NCBI GenBank assembly: GCA_963666275.2
Contig: CAXXOA010000001.1
Coordinates: 1,280,001-1,344,000, forward strand
Reading direction: 5' to 3'
Source of the DNA: Oceanispirochaeta sp.
Lineage (GTDB): Bacteria; Spirochaetota; Spirochaetia; DSM-2461
DNA length: 64,000 nt
Shown here: in pieces, positions 27,386 through 36,547 of the stretch
Position numbering within the stretch: the first letter of the stretch is position 1
How the letters are laid out: each line of letters starts with the position of its first letter
The notes under the pieces: generated by a model
Database searches by the model: none
Seen by the model: only the letters and a program-made list of their open reading frames with translations
What the model was told of the DNA's origin: nothing
Position numbers and translations under genes: made by a program

Positions 27386-28616
27386 AGATTACCTCCTGAA
27401 GCACCTTAACGGCATTGGCCGGTCCATCCCAGGCTTCCAGCTGCTGCCGGAACTGGTTGATCCTGGATTTAGCTTCCTGGTTACTCAGCAGAGATTCAAT
27501 GGATTCTATAATCTGGGATGGGGTGACTCTCTTTTTGGATAGCCTGATGGCAAAACCCTTTCGGACACAGGCATCCAGATTCGCCTGCTGCTCCACATGC
27601 ATTCCGATTCCTACCATAGGCGTCCCTGACAGACAGGCGTTCATCACTGTATTCTGACCGCCGTGAATAACTGCCACATCGGCCATTTTATTCACAATAT
27701 GAGCAGGCAGAAATTCAGTTACAATCACATTTTCCGGAACAACAATATCTAAACCCTCAATCAGGGATTTTATGGGAGCTATGACTCTATAGGGTTTTCC
27801 TTTAAAACCCGCAAGAATATTACCGATCAACTCCTTTTTTCCCGAACTGCCCATGGCGAAGTAGACAATCGGAGTATCTCCCTTCAAGTTTTTCAGCTCT
27901 TCAGGAACGGGAATGTTCAACCTGGCAGGTAAGGGACCGATATGCCTCAGATTATTTCTGAGAGTTCTATGATTTACCCATTCCGGAATATCCGCCAGTA
28001 GCGTCGTATCACCTTCGATGAACTCTACGAAATTCCTGAATCCCGCCAATTCGTAATCTTTAAGAACCTTATTGTATGGTTTCATAGGAATGGAGGCATT
28101 TAATACCCGCTTATTGAACAGGGCCGTCCGTTTTTCAGGAGGCATTAGCTTGTCCAGCAGCCAGTTATCCAAATTATCGGGGTAGCTTTGAAGGCCTGCT
28201 TCATAGTACTCCCGAACCGAAGTGGAGTGGAGAACATTAACATAGTGAACACCAACGTATCGGGCCGATATGCCTACGGTAAGGTTCCATCCTGTTATCA
28301 CAGCTGCAGGTTCGGCTTCCATAAAATAGGCAATCTCCGATTTGACCCGGGTACGTATCTCTTTTTCATTAAAATAGGCGACAGGATTCAACGCATCACC
28401 GTTCAACATTTTCCCTATATGAGTAAGCTGCCTTTCTGTAAGAGCCGGCTCCATAGGGAATACCTTAAAGCCTTCCTCTTTGATGATGTATTCATACTTC
28501 CCGCCATAATGGATGAACTCAACGTCGAATACTTCTCTTGCTTTTTTGGCGATTTCCACCATTCGGCTGACTTCAGCCAGATTATATGCTGCTACAGCGA
28601 AACAAATTTTAGTCAT
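27366..28616 (-). CDS. UDP-glycosyltransferase (GT1/MGT-like)
   Basis: YFAMGSSG, IHGGQNT, GTPMV...EQQAN. Confidence 0.85.
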   Translation of the reverse strand: MTKICFAVAAYNLAEVSRMVEIAKKAREVFDVEFIHYGGKYEYIIKEEGFKVFPMEPALTERQLTHIGKMLNGDALNPVAYFNEKEIRTRVKSEIAYFMEAEPAAVITGWNLTVGISARYVGVHYVNVLHSTSVREYYEAGLQSYPDNLDNWLLDKLMPPEKRTALFNKRVLNASIPMKPYNKVLKDYELAGFRNFVEFIEGDTTLLADIPEWVNHRTLRNNLRHIGPLPARLNIPVPEELKNLKGDTPIVYFAMGSSGKKELIGNILAGFKGKPYRVIAPIKSLIEGLDIVVPENVIVTEFLPAHIVNKMADVAVIHGGQNTVMNACLSGTPMVGIGMHVEQQANLDACVRKGFAIRLSKKRVTPSQIIESIESLLSNQEAKSRINQFRQQLEAWDGPANAVKVLQEVIYEKANQ

Positions 28617-28683
28617 AATGATTTTTCTCCTTTGATAAACTCAAACTCGGTATTTAAGAAGGATAGGGCTATGATTCAAATTG

Positions 28684-28719
28684 CGCATACCTCCCTCGGG
28701 GTATTCGGGGTAGTATTCT
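28684..28719 (-). promoter_or_regulatory. Repeated 36-bp motif, copy 1 (candidate operator of the MalT-like regulator)
   Basis: CGCATACCTC-CCTC-GGGGTATT-CGG-GGTAGTATT; aligns ungapped with the copies at 29951 and 31691. Confidence 0.65.
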
Positions 28720-28773
28720 TTCTGTTTCATTGATCAGTGCTTTTTGGAATAAAGATCGATAGCCAATTATGAG

Positions 28774-28932
28774 CTATGCTTCATTACCTTGCTCTCCGGT
28801 TTTTCTTTCAACCTTCATCAAAGAAAATCGACTGGTGACCTTGAGCACTACTGCCACAGTCCAGAATGACAGCATTCTTATCAGCGGTATAAAGAGCTTG
28901 TGACTTTTCGATAGGTTTTCATGATGACTCAT
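28774..28932 (-). CDS. Small 52-aa ORF absent from the ORF track
   Basis: ATG overlaps the flavodoxin TGA (ATGA); MSHHENLSKSHKLFIPLIRMLSFWTVAVVLKV...NEA*. Confidence 0.45.
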   Translation of the reverse strand: MSHHENLSKSHKLFIPLIRMLSFWTVAVVLKVTSRFSLMKVERKTGEQGNEA

Positions 28933-29723
28933 TTTTTTCTCCGGATACTGAAGGATTGGGAATCTGCACTGCCAAAAATTTTACTCAGCTCTTTTTGCAC
29001 CACCTTTTTAGTGATCCATTTTGTATGAAAGGGCAGTTTTACATCATAGAAGTAATCCGTTTTACTTTTATAGTATTCAAAATCTGCCGGCATTGCTTCT
29101 TTTGCCTTCGTGGAAATGGCTTTAAAAATCCCAAAGGGAACCAGCTTGTTCAGAGTCGGTTTATCTTTTTCTCCTGATCGGATTCTGTTCAGAAAAACCT
29201 CAAAGGCTTCTATGGATTTCCGGATATTCTCCTGTTGAAGGGATTCCGTATTACCGCCTGGCCTGTATTGCAGTGCCAGGGAAGGTACGATATTAAAACC
29301 GAACACACTTAATCCCTTGCTCATATATTCCAGAGCCGGTTCCGCACCGTACCCGGAATAGGTCACCAGGGACATGGCAAACTGGTTAAAAAAACGGGGG
29401 CGGTGCCCGATGTACCCCAGGCGGTCGAAAAAGTTCTTCATCAGCGCCGGGACCATTTGGGAGTAAACCGGCGAGGCCACTATCAAACCGTCAGCTTCAT
29501 CAATTTTCTCAAGAATCCTGTCTCTGTCATCGTTGATAGGGCATTTACATGAGCCATGGGTGACACAGGCGTAGCATCCCCGGCAGAACTCGAAGTCGAG
29601 ATCTTTAAGCAATAGGATTTCAATGTGGATATCAGAAAAGATATCTTTAATGTTCTGAAGGGCTGCGTAGGTATTTCCCTTTCTGGGGCTGCCGCATATA
29701 GCCAGAATTTTCATATCAAACAC
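28929..29723 (-). CDS. Flavodoxin-family / NADPH-dependent FMN reductase (iron-sulfur flavoprotein-like)
   Basis: GSPRKGNT, CRGCYAC...C, ASPVY, KNFFDR. Confidence 0.88.
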   Translation of the reverse strand: MFDMKILAICGSPRKGNTYAALQNIKDIFSDIHIEILLLKDLDFEFCRGCYACVTHGSCKCPINDDRDRILEKIDEADGLIVASPVYSQMVPALMKNFFDRLGYIGHRPRFFNQFAMSLVTYSGYGAEPALEYMSKGLSVFGFNIVPSLALQYRPGGNTESLQQENIRKSIEAFEVFLNRIRSGEKDKPTLNKLVPFGIFKAISTKAKEAMPADFEYYKSKTDYFYDVKLPFHTKWITKKVVQKELSKIFGSADSQSFSIRRKK

Positions 29724-29916
29724 CTCCTCCTTTCTCTGTCAAAAAAGAATGGCTGCTGAATCCCAGCCATGCTATTAATCCATGTAAATAGATTTGATCC
29801 ATCGAGCCGGTTGTATGGTTTACCGGTTCGGGTTCTATTCCGCAATCCTTTCTCAGATCCTCTGGTAAAGGCTCAATTTTTTTCTTATCAAACTTTCTCA
29901 TGACTGCCTCCTTCAT
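29716..29916 (-). CDS. Small hypothetical protein
   Basis: 66 aa; overlaps the flavodoxin start. Confidence 0.45.
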   Translation of the reverse strand: MKEAVMRKFDKKKIEPLPEDLRKDCGIEPEPVNHTTGSMDQIYLHGLIAWLGFSSHSFLTEKGGGV

Positions 29917-29950
29917 GTTGATTGAACTTTAATTCCTGAAGGGTATTGTC

Positions 29951-29986
29951 CGCGTACCACGGGGGTAGTAATCCTGGTAGTATTCT
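29951..29986 (-). promoter_or_regulatory. Repeated 36-bp motif, copy 2
   Basis: CGCGTACCAC-GGGG-GTAGTAAT-CCT-GGTAGTATT. Confidence 0.65.
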
Positions 29987-30032
29987 GTACCTCCATTAAC
30001 GGGAACGGACCTGTTCCCTGATTTTCCCTCCC

Positions 30033-30845
30033 TCAGTTTTCCTCCCAGAAATCTCCGGGAGTAAGCACAATACAACTGGAACCTAGCTTTTCGATTCCTG
30101 CTCTAAATTCCTGAGCATCGGCGGGGCAGTATTTATTTGTAAACAAAGCTCGCAGGTTATAGTGCATGGGAATAACCACCCCGGGTTTCATCAACCTGAC
30201 AGCTTCTATCGCCTCTTCAACTCCCATGGTATTCCCTGCGTCTTTCCCACCGATGGGAAGCATCAGAACATCCGGTTCAACGATGGATGACCAGGCTTCC
30301 TCTTCCAGAAGAGTATCGCCCAGGTTTACCAGGGTGCGGCCATTCCAGGTCATTATAAACCCTAGGGAGCCCCATCCGACACGTTCTTTTGGTCCGGGAT
30401 ATTCCACTTTTACAAAAGGGCCCATTCTCAAAGAAAGAGGCCCATGGGTAGTTTTTACGGCGGTAAATCTTATGCCATCCACATTTCGGGTTTCTCCAGG
30501 GGCGAAGAGTTCAGGGGAGGCCAGATTCCAATCGAATTTCAGACCCCTCGAACGGGGCCCCAGTGCTTTAGGACCTTTGGGAGTCTCTTTCATCATGGTT
30601 CTGTTCATTATGACCGGGGCGCCCGATACTTTCGCCATTTTATGGGCAAACCAGTAATGATCGGGGTCTCCATGGGTAATCACGATGTGACTTACAGCAG
30701 GCCAGATGGATTTGGGTATAACTGAATGAAACTGAAAGTAATAGGCGAAGGTGGCTCCTGGATCGATGGCGACCCTCTTTCCGCCGTATTCGATGATAAA
30801 GGCGTTATACTCGTAATAGGAAATTCTGAGGCCAGTTTTGTGCAT
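30033..30845 (-). CDS. Metallo-beta-lactamase-fold hydrolase
   Basis: IDP, THGDPDH, LGDT, LPIGG, IPMHY. Confidence 0.85.
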   Translation of the reverse strand: MHKTGLRISYYEYNAFIIEYGGKRVAIDPGATFAYYFQFHSVIPKSIWPAVSHIVITHGDPDHYWFAHKMAKVSGAPVIMNRTMMKETPKGPKALGPRSRGLKFDWNLASPELFAPGETRNVDGIRFTAVKTTHGPLSLRMGPFVKVEYPGPKERVGWGSLGFIMTWNGRTLVNLGDTLLEEEAWSSIVEPDVLMLPIGGKDAGNTMGVEEAIEAVRLMKPGVVIPMHYNLRALFTNKYCPADAQEFRAGIEKLGSSCIVLTPGDFWEEN

Positions 30846-30846
30846 T

Positions 30847-31596
30847 CTAATCTCCTTTCTGAATAGGATTCATACCGAAATCAAACTGAATTGCTTTTTT
30901 GGGGCAGTTGTCGACACAGGCTCCGCAGAGGATGCAGTCCTGGGTTTCCAGCTTGTCATTTAGAACAAGCTGATCTACCTCTATGCCCATGCTGCAGGAA
31001 CGATTACAGCGTTTACAGGAGATGCATTGTGATGAATTGACCTTTAAGCCCAAACGGGGAATCCGAAGAGCCAGACTGATTTTCCTTCCGATGATCATAA
31101 AAGGGGACATCCAGCAAAAACTATGACAGGCTCCCCGTTTACCGATGAACAGGGCCGAAAGAAAGAATATCAGGACGATTCCCATATAGATGATTAAACC
31201 CCTGAGATCGGTTACGGAAACTCCGTGTTCAATATGATAGAGGGGCTCCACTGACTGTACTCCCCCTGCCCGAATCAGGAGCAGAATGAAACCCATGAGC
31301 CAGGGACCCCAGATAATAAATTTAATCCAACCGAGACGCTTAGGGTTTACCGGTCGGTCACGGAATCCGGAAACCACATCCTGAATCGCACCGGCTGGAC
31401 AAACCCATCCGCAGAAGGCCCTTCCGGAGATTAACGATGTGATAAGAAACACCGAAAAAGTAAAGGCACTTCCCACAATGATTCCCTTCTCAGCGCCTCT
31501 GATGAACAAATAGGGCGAGAAATAAAAGGCACTAACCGGAAACAGAAACATGGATGCCGCTGATATTCCTTTGCGGATGTTTTGTCTTCTTTTCAT
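30847..31596 (-). CDS. Membrane 4Fe-4S binding protein (NapH/polyferredoxin-like)
   Basis: GRAFCGWVCPAG; C-terminal CxxCxxCxxxC twice. Confidence 0.85.
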   Translation of the reverse strand: MKRRQNIRKGISAASMFLFPVSAFYFSPYLFIRGAEKGIIVGSAFTFSVFLITSLISGRAFCGWVCPAGAIQDVVSGFRDRPVNPKRLGWIKFIIWGPWLMGFILLLIRAGGVQSVEPLYHIEHGVSVTDLRGLIIYMGIVLIFFLSALFIGKRGACHSFCWMSPFMIIGRKISLALRIPRLGLKVNSSQCISCKRCNRSCSMGIEVDQLVLNDKLETQDCILCGACVDNCPKKAIQFDFGMNPIQKGD

Positions 31597-31690
31597 AAGG
31601 AACTCCTTTGAAATTGATTTGCTGAATAAAAATTCCCAACAAACCCATACGATTAAGATGGGTATAGTCTACTTCCGGCTATGCCATGGC

Positions 31691-31726
31691 CGCATACCAC
31701 AGCAGTAGTATTTCAGGAGGTATTTG
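31691..31726 (-). promoter_or_regulatory. Repeated 36-bp motif, copy 3
   Basis: CGCATACCAC-AGCA-GTAGTATT-TCA-GGAGGTATT. Confidence 0.65.
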
Positions 31727-31761
31727 GAGATGAAATATTTAGTTATGGGATAATATGGGGC

Positions 31762-34494
31762 TCAATCCAGATTCAGGATACCGAATCTTCTGGCTCGTGC
31801 TACGGCTTCCGTACGGTTATGGCAGTTCAGTTTGGCGTAGATATTCCGTGTATGAACCTTAACTGTATGGACGGAGATAAAAAGTTTTTCACCCAACTGC
31901 TCGTTGGATAAGCCTTCTGCGATAAGCTGCAATACATCAATTTCCCGTTCACTATGAGGTTCCATTAGTCCTTTCTGCTTTGCTTCTGCTTTTTTGTCTG
32001 CTTCCGATTCAGGTTCTTTTAAGGGAAAATTCTCTAATAGCCGGTGGATATAGGCTGTTTGAATGTCCGCTTTAGCTGCTTCGTAGAGCAATTTGCTCAT
32101 CCCCGGGCCTTCGTCAGTAAATTGGCTGATAAAGCCCAGGGGTTCCGCCAGGGTGAGAGCTTTCGCTATCATTTCCAGGGCACTTTTCCGATCATCTAAA
32201 GCCTGCCAGGCCAGTGCCTGAAGAGTGAGGGATTCAATAATGGCAGTTGCTCGATTTTCTGAAACAGCTATTGATTCAGCCCATTTAAGGAGAAAAACCG
32301 CTTCTTTCGGATGGCCCTGTGCAAGCCTGATTCGTGCGAGAACAAAATACAATTCTTCCTGGATACGCTGAGGAGGTTTGCTGGTATCAATGCTGAGCTC
32401 ATCTGCCCATTGGACAGCTTCTTCAAGCTTTCCTTCTGCCAGCATAAGCCGGGCTTTCCATGACTCTGCTATTAATAGCTTTGGCAGAGGCAAATGGCGT
32501 TGCCCCGCAAGACGTTTCACTTTCTGAATGGTGTTCCAGGCCCTTTCCCACTCTCCGCAGGAAAAGAATGTCCTGGCAACATAAATACTGCTCCGGGTTA
32601 TATAGAAACCGTCTTCACAGCGGGAGGAACGTTCCATGGCCAGTTCAACCTGTTCCCGGGCGGTATCGGTTTCTCCCATTTCTGTCAGGACATCGCTGTA
32701 GAAAGCAAAAAGCCAGCAGAATTTCGGATTTTCCGATATTTTAGAAATCTCTGAATCGAAAATCAGGCTTTTGCAAAGCTTTGCCGCTTCCCGTAGATTT
32801 CCCTTACACCTCAGCATTTCTGCCTGTATCATCCCTGCAAAACTTATGAGTTCTCTATCGCCCAGTTGTTTTGCAGCAGACATGGCATCAGTCTGGACCT
32901 GTTCGGCCTCTTTTATTAAGCCGGCATATTCATAGGCATAAGCCAGAACAATCAGCGCGAATGCCCGGGGTCTCATAATCTCACCCTCAGCGGCTGAAGA
33001 TCCCTGTTGTGCGATCAATTCCTGGTGGTATGCAAGCGCTCTTAAGCCCTGCTGAATACTTGCTTCAAAATTTCCTCTGTATGATTCAATAAAGGAATGG
33101 AATGCGGCTGCCATGGCCAGGCATTGAGTCCATTGAAGTCTGTTTTCCCGATTAGATGAATCCCTGGGAACAAGTGAGTTTTCCACAGCTCCGATGCATC
33201 GTTCTGCAATCTCCAGTTGTCCAGCCACGATCATAGACCAGGCTTCGAACAGAGCCAGGTAGGGCCTGGTCCCAAGGTATTCCTCGGGTATTGTTTCCAG
33301 CCAGCGTTTACGGGTCGCTTGTGATATTTTCTCAAAGTTTTCCCCCAGGTAGGCCTCAATCCAGCCTACAGCGCTTTCAAAGTCCCTGGCCAGGAGGTTA
33401 TGTTCAATGGCATCAAAATCATAATTATGTTGGGAAAACCAGAATCCTGCCTTTTTATGAAGTTCCGGAATATTCTCCTTTTGAGTCTCTCTCAGGTGTT
33501 GACGTAAAAGTTCTGCAAAAAGATGATGATAACGGTACCAACGGCGTTCATCATCCATAGGAATGATAAACAAATTACTTCTTTCCAGCATCTCCAGTAT
33601 CTTCTGCCCGTCTTTGCGGCCAGTGATTTCATCACAGAGTGAACCGCACATCCTTTCCAGAATGGAGGTCTGTATTAGAAAATCCTGAATTTCTCCATTC
33701 TGATTCCGTAGTACTTCTTCTACAAGATAATCCAATACCAGCCGATTGCTTCCGGTAAAAGATTGTATAAATAGTGGTATGTCTGTCTGTTTCTGGATAG
33801 AGAGTGCTGCAAGTTGAAGACTGGCTATCCACCCTTCGGTGCGTTGTTCAAGGGATTCTATAAGTTCTGAGTTCAGTTGGAGATTCATACCAACGTTCAT
33901 AAACTGAGCAATTTCATCTGTCAGAAATCGAAGTTCCTGAGCCCGAAGTTCATTCATTTGACCAGAAGCTCTCAGACGGGATAGACCAAGTTGGGGATCT
34001 TCCCGTGTGGAGAGGACCAGATGCATCTGGGAGGGAAGGTTGTCAATGAGAAATTCGAGAATTTCATCTATCTCCTGGTCATCAATTAAATGGTAGTCGT
34101 CTATAACCAGGATTATTTCCTGTGGTTGAGAAACAATTTCATTTATAAGACTGGTAAGCACCAACTCCGGAGCTGTCTGCTCCCCGGTCTGCATCATTTT
34201 CAGAGTCTCGCTACCTATTCTATTTTGAGTTGTTTCTATAGCTCCAACCAGATAACATAGAAACCGCAGCAGATCATTGTCTCTTTGATCCAGGGACAAC
34301 CAGGCCAGCTGCCGATCTGTTCCAAGAATCCACTCACTGATAAGCGATGTTTTTCCAAAGCCGGCTGGTGCTGACAGGAGGGTCAACTTCCGGTGAAGGT
34401 TATTATTTAAATGATCAACCAGACGCGGGCGAAAGACATATTCCGGTCTGACAGGTGGTATATGAAATTTGGTTTCTAATAATGGAATCGTCAT
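31762..34494 (-). CDS. MalT-like STAND ATPase / LuxR transcriptional regulator
   Basis: APAGFGKT, LVIDDYH, TEGW, YRYHHLF, TPR region, C-terminal LuxR HTH. Confidence 0.92.
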   Translation of the reverse strand: MTIPLLETKFHIPPVRPEYVFRPRLVDHLNNNLHRKLTLLSAPAGFGKTSLISEWILGTDRQLAWLSLDQRDNDLLRFLCYLVGAIETTQNRIGSETLKMMQTGEQTAPELVLTSLINEIVSQPQEIILVIDDYHLIDDQEIDEILEFLIDNLPSQMHLVLSTREDPQLGLSRLRASGQMNELRAQELRFLTDEIAQFMNVGMNLQLNSELIESLEQRTEGWIASLQLAALSIQKQTDIPLFIQSFTGSNRLVLDYLVEEVLRNQNGEIQDFLIQTSILERMCGSLCDEITGRKDGQKILEMLERSNLFIIPMDDERRWYRYHHLFAELLRQHLRETQKENIPELHKKAGFWFSQHNYDFDAIEHNLLARDFESAVGWIEAYLGENFEKISQATRKRWLETIPEEYLGTRPYLALFEAWSMIVAGQLEIAERCIGAVENSLVPRDSSNRENRLQWTQCLAMAAAFHSFIESYRGNFEASIQQGLRALAYHQELIAQQGSSAAEGEIMRPRAFALIVLAYAYEYAGLIKEAEQVQTDAMSAAKQLGDRELISFAGMIQAEMLRCKGNLREAAKLCKSLIFDSEISKISENPKFCWLFAFYSDVLTEMGETDTAREQVELAMERSSRCEDGFYITRSSIYVARTFFSCGEWERAWNTIQKVKRLAGQRHLPLPKLLIAESWKARLMLAEGKLEEAVQWADELSIDTSKPPQRIQEELYFVLARIRLAQGHPKEAVFLLKWAESIAVSENRATAIIESLTLQALAWQALDDRKSALEMIAKALTLAEPLGFISQFTDEGPGMSKLLYEAAKADIQTAYIHRLLENFPLKEPESEADKKAEAKQKGLMEPHSEREIDVLQLIAEGLSNEQLGEKLFISVHTVKVHTRNIYAKLNCHNRTEAVARARRFGILNLD

Positions 34495-34594
34495 CAGCTG
34501 CCTCAGTACCGGAATAAGGTTGATGGAATAAATACATCATAACACAGAGTTCCAGGGTCCTGGACATTTTCCTGAAATTGCAGATGGAGAGGTA

Positions 34595-34900
34595 TCAGGT
34601 ATCAAGGAAATGTATTGATATGATAGGCAGTCCATGGTTATATAGCCTTCTGATTATCCCCAGCAAGGCAGCCTGATCTACCGTACAGGTCAGTATGGTC
34701 ACTGTATAAATCCCATCGATTAGACTGTGACAGATTCTCTCCACGTTGTCCCATTCCGAGTAGTGATTTTCCAGATTACCTAATGCCTTTATCTCATACC
34801 TTATGGTATTGAATAAAGTTAATTCGTCTTTGATTGTTTTCATACTCAGGATTCTAATCCCGGGACAATCTCTGTCACATACCTCCGAGGTATTATTCAA
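34595..34900 (-). CDS. Small hypothetical protein of the type found beside MalT-like regulators
   Basis: YEIK..G.L...W...DQAALLGIIRRL; start uncertain. Confidence 0.55.
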   Translation of the reverse strand: MNNTSEVCDRDCPGIRILSMKTIKDELTLFNTIRYEIKALGNLENHYSEWDNVERICHSLIDGIYTVTILTCTVDQAALLGIIRRLYNHGLPIISIHFLDT

Positions 34901-35167
34901 AGGAGTATTTTCAAATATTCTGATTGCTCATATTACAGCCCATAGGGACGATTCTAAAAAAATCGGGAAATGCAGCAGAAAAAATGCGCTATGAATTGAG
35001 ACCATACTATGCTGAAAATTGTTCACAAAAATAATTCAGGAGATTGATTCTGATTTTACCATCAAGCAGATGTTCATCAGAATTATCCGCACCCTCTCTT
35101 TTCATGTGTATTGGACTTTCCCTCCCGCTCATAAGATAATTTAAAGAGCAGCCCCTCAGGAGTCCCT

Positions 35168-36433
35168 ATGAGTAAAATAAAATATCCTGTCCTGATCTTT
35201 CTGGTTCTGCTCTTTTCCCCTCTGTACTCCCAGTCGGCAGAGCTTGTTATCGAGTCTCTTATCAGTAAACTGACGCTGGAGTTCAGAAATACCCATCCCG
35301 ACCTGGCGTTCCAGCCCAATCTGGCGGTATTTCCCGTTCAGAATCAGTCTCCCTCGGCTGAGGAGTACGAGGTGGGGCCGGCGTTTACAGCCATTATCCG
35401 ATCCCTTCTGGAGCGGTCCCTGATTTTCAATCTGGTGGACGAAGAGCTCCGGGACGAAATGATCGAGGAGATCAAATTTTCTCTTACCGGACTGGCTTCG
35501 GGCAGCCTGGAAACCGGAGAGATCCAGCTGGCAGAGTACTTCCTGGTGGGCAGCGTCACAGAGCTGGGGGAGGACTTCCGTCTGTCCCTGCAGATTGTAT
35601 CGGTGGAAACCGGCGAAGTTCTGGTCAGCGCCGCTGAGGCTATTCCCAAAGAAGAGGTTTTTGAAACCTCCGAAGCCTATACCGCCGCCTATGTGAGCCC
35701 CTACGGGCTGGGGATCGAGTTCGGCCTGACTCCCTGGGCTACAACCATGGGAGAGATGGCCCAAAGGGAAGGGCAGCCCCATCCGCAGGAGTTTAACCTT
35801 TTTTCCATTATGCTCCATTACAGGATCCGCAAGTGGCTTGTGGCCTGGGGCGGTCTGGCACTGGCTCCGGGGGCCGTGCGGTTTGACAAGTCCTATAATG
35901 AGAAGGGCATTATTCTGGATGCGGAGGACGTTGAGAATATGGCAGCGGATCTACCGGAGGGATCAACGATTACCTACTCCAAAGACAGGTCGCCCTATTT
36001 TTCCCTTCATCTGGGAGCCGGGTATGTGTGGAACTTTTCAAAAACCCTGAACCTGACGGCCGGTGCGGAGCTGAGTATGGCCCAGACCTTCCTGGAACAG
36101 GAATACACCATACCACTGGATGATTCCCAGATGACCTACGGGACCTATACGGTGACTTCCAATGATATTTCCCTGTATACAATCGCTCCGACCTTAAAGG
36201 TTCAGTATTTTGTGACCCCCCGTGTGGCTTTTCAGTTCACCTACCAGTTCAAATATCAGATAAATAAAGATACCGAATCTACCAACTACTTTTTCAGGGA
36301 CGGTTCCTACAGTGACGGAACACCGATTCCGGAGCTCTATGACCTGGATCCTACAGTCGATCCCTATGGAGAGAAGCATATCACCGATATGTCCGGCCAT
36401 ACGGTCAATATGGGGGTGGGGTTCTATTTTTAG
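35168..36433 (+). CDS. Secreted/outer-membrane protein: FlgO/CsgG-like N-domain plus beta-barrel (copy 1, intact)
   Basis: Signal peptide; alternating beta-strand pattern; C-terminal GVGFYF beta-signal. Confidence 0.7.
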   Translation: MSKIKYPVLIFLVLLFSPLYSQSAELVIESLISKLTLEFRNTHPDLAFQPNLAVFPVQNQSPSAEEYEVGPAFTAIIRSLLERSLIFNLVDEELRDEMIEEIKFSLTGLASGSLETGEIQLAEYFLVGSVTELGEDFRLSLQIVSVETGEVLVSAAEAIPKEEVFETSEAYTAAYVSPYGLGIEFGLTPWATTMGEMAQREGQPHPQEFNLFSIMLHYRIRKWLVAWGGLALAPGAVRFDKSYNEKGIILDAEDVENMAADLPEGSTITYSKDRSPYFSLHLGAGYVWNFSKTLNLTAGAELSMAQTFLEQEYTIPLDDSQMTYGTYTVTSNDISLYTIAPTLKVQYFVTPRVAFQFTYQFKYQINKDTESTNYFFRDGSYSDGTPIPELYDLDPTVDPYGEKHITDMSGHTVNMGVGFYF

Positions 36434-36547
36434 AGGGATTTTTGAGTAGACAGAGGATATCTCAAAAAATCATCCATTTTAATTGATTACAGATTTCCAA
36501 AATGCAGTATTTCAAAAACATCTCTATAAATGATAGAATTATGACTT

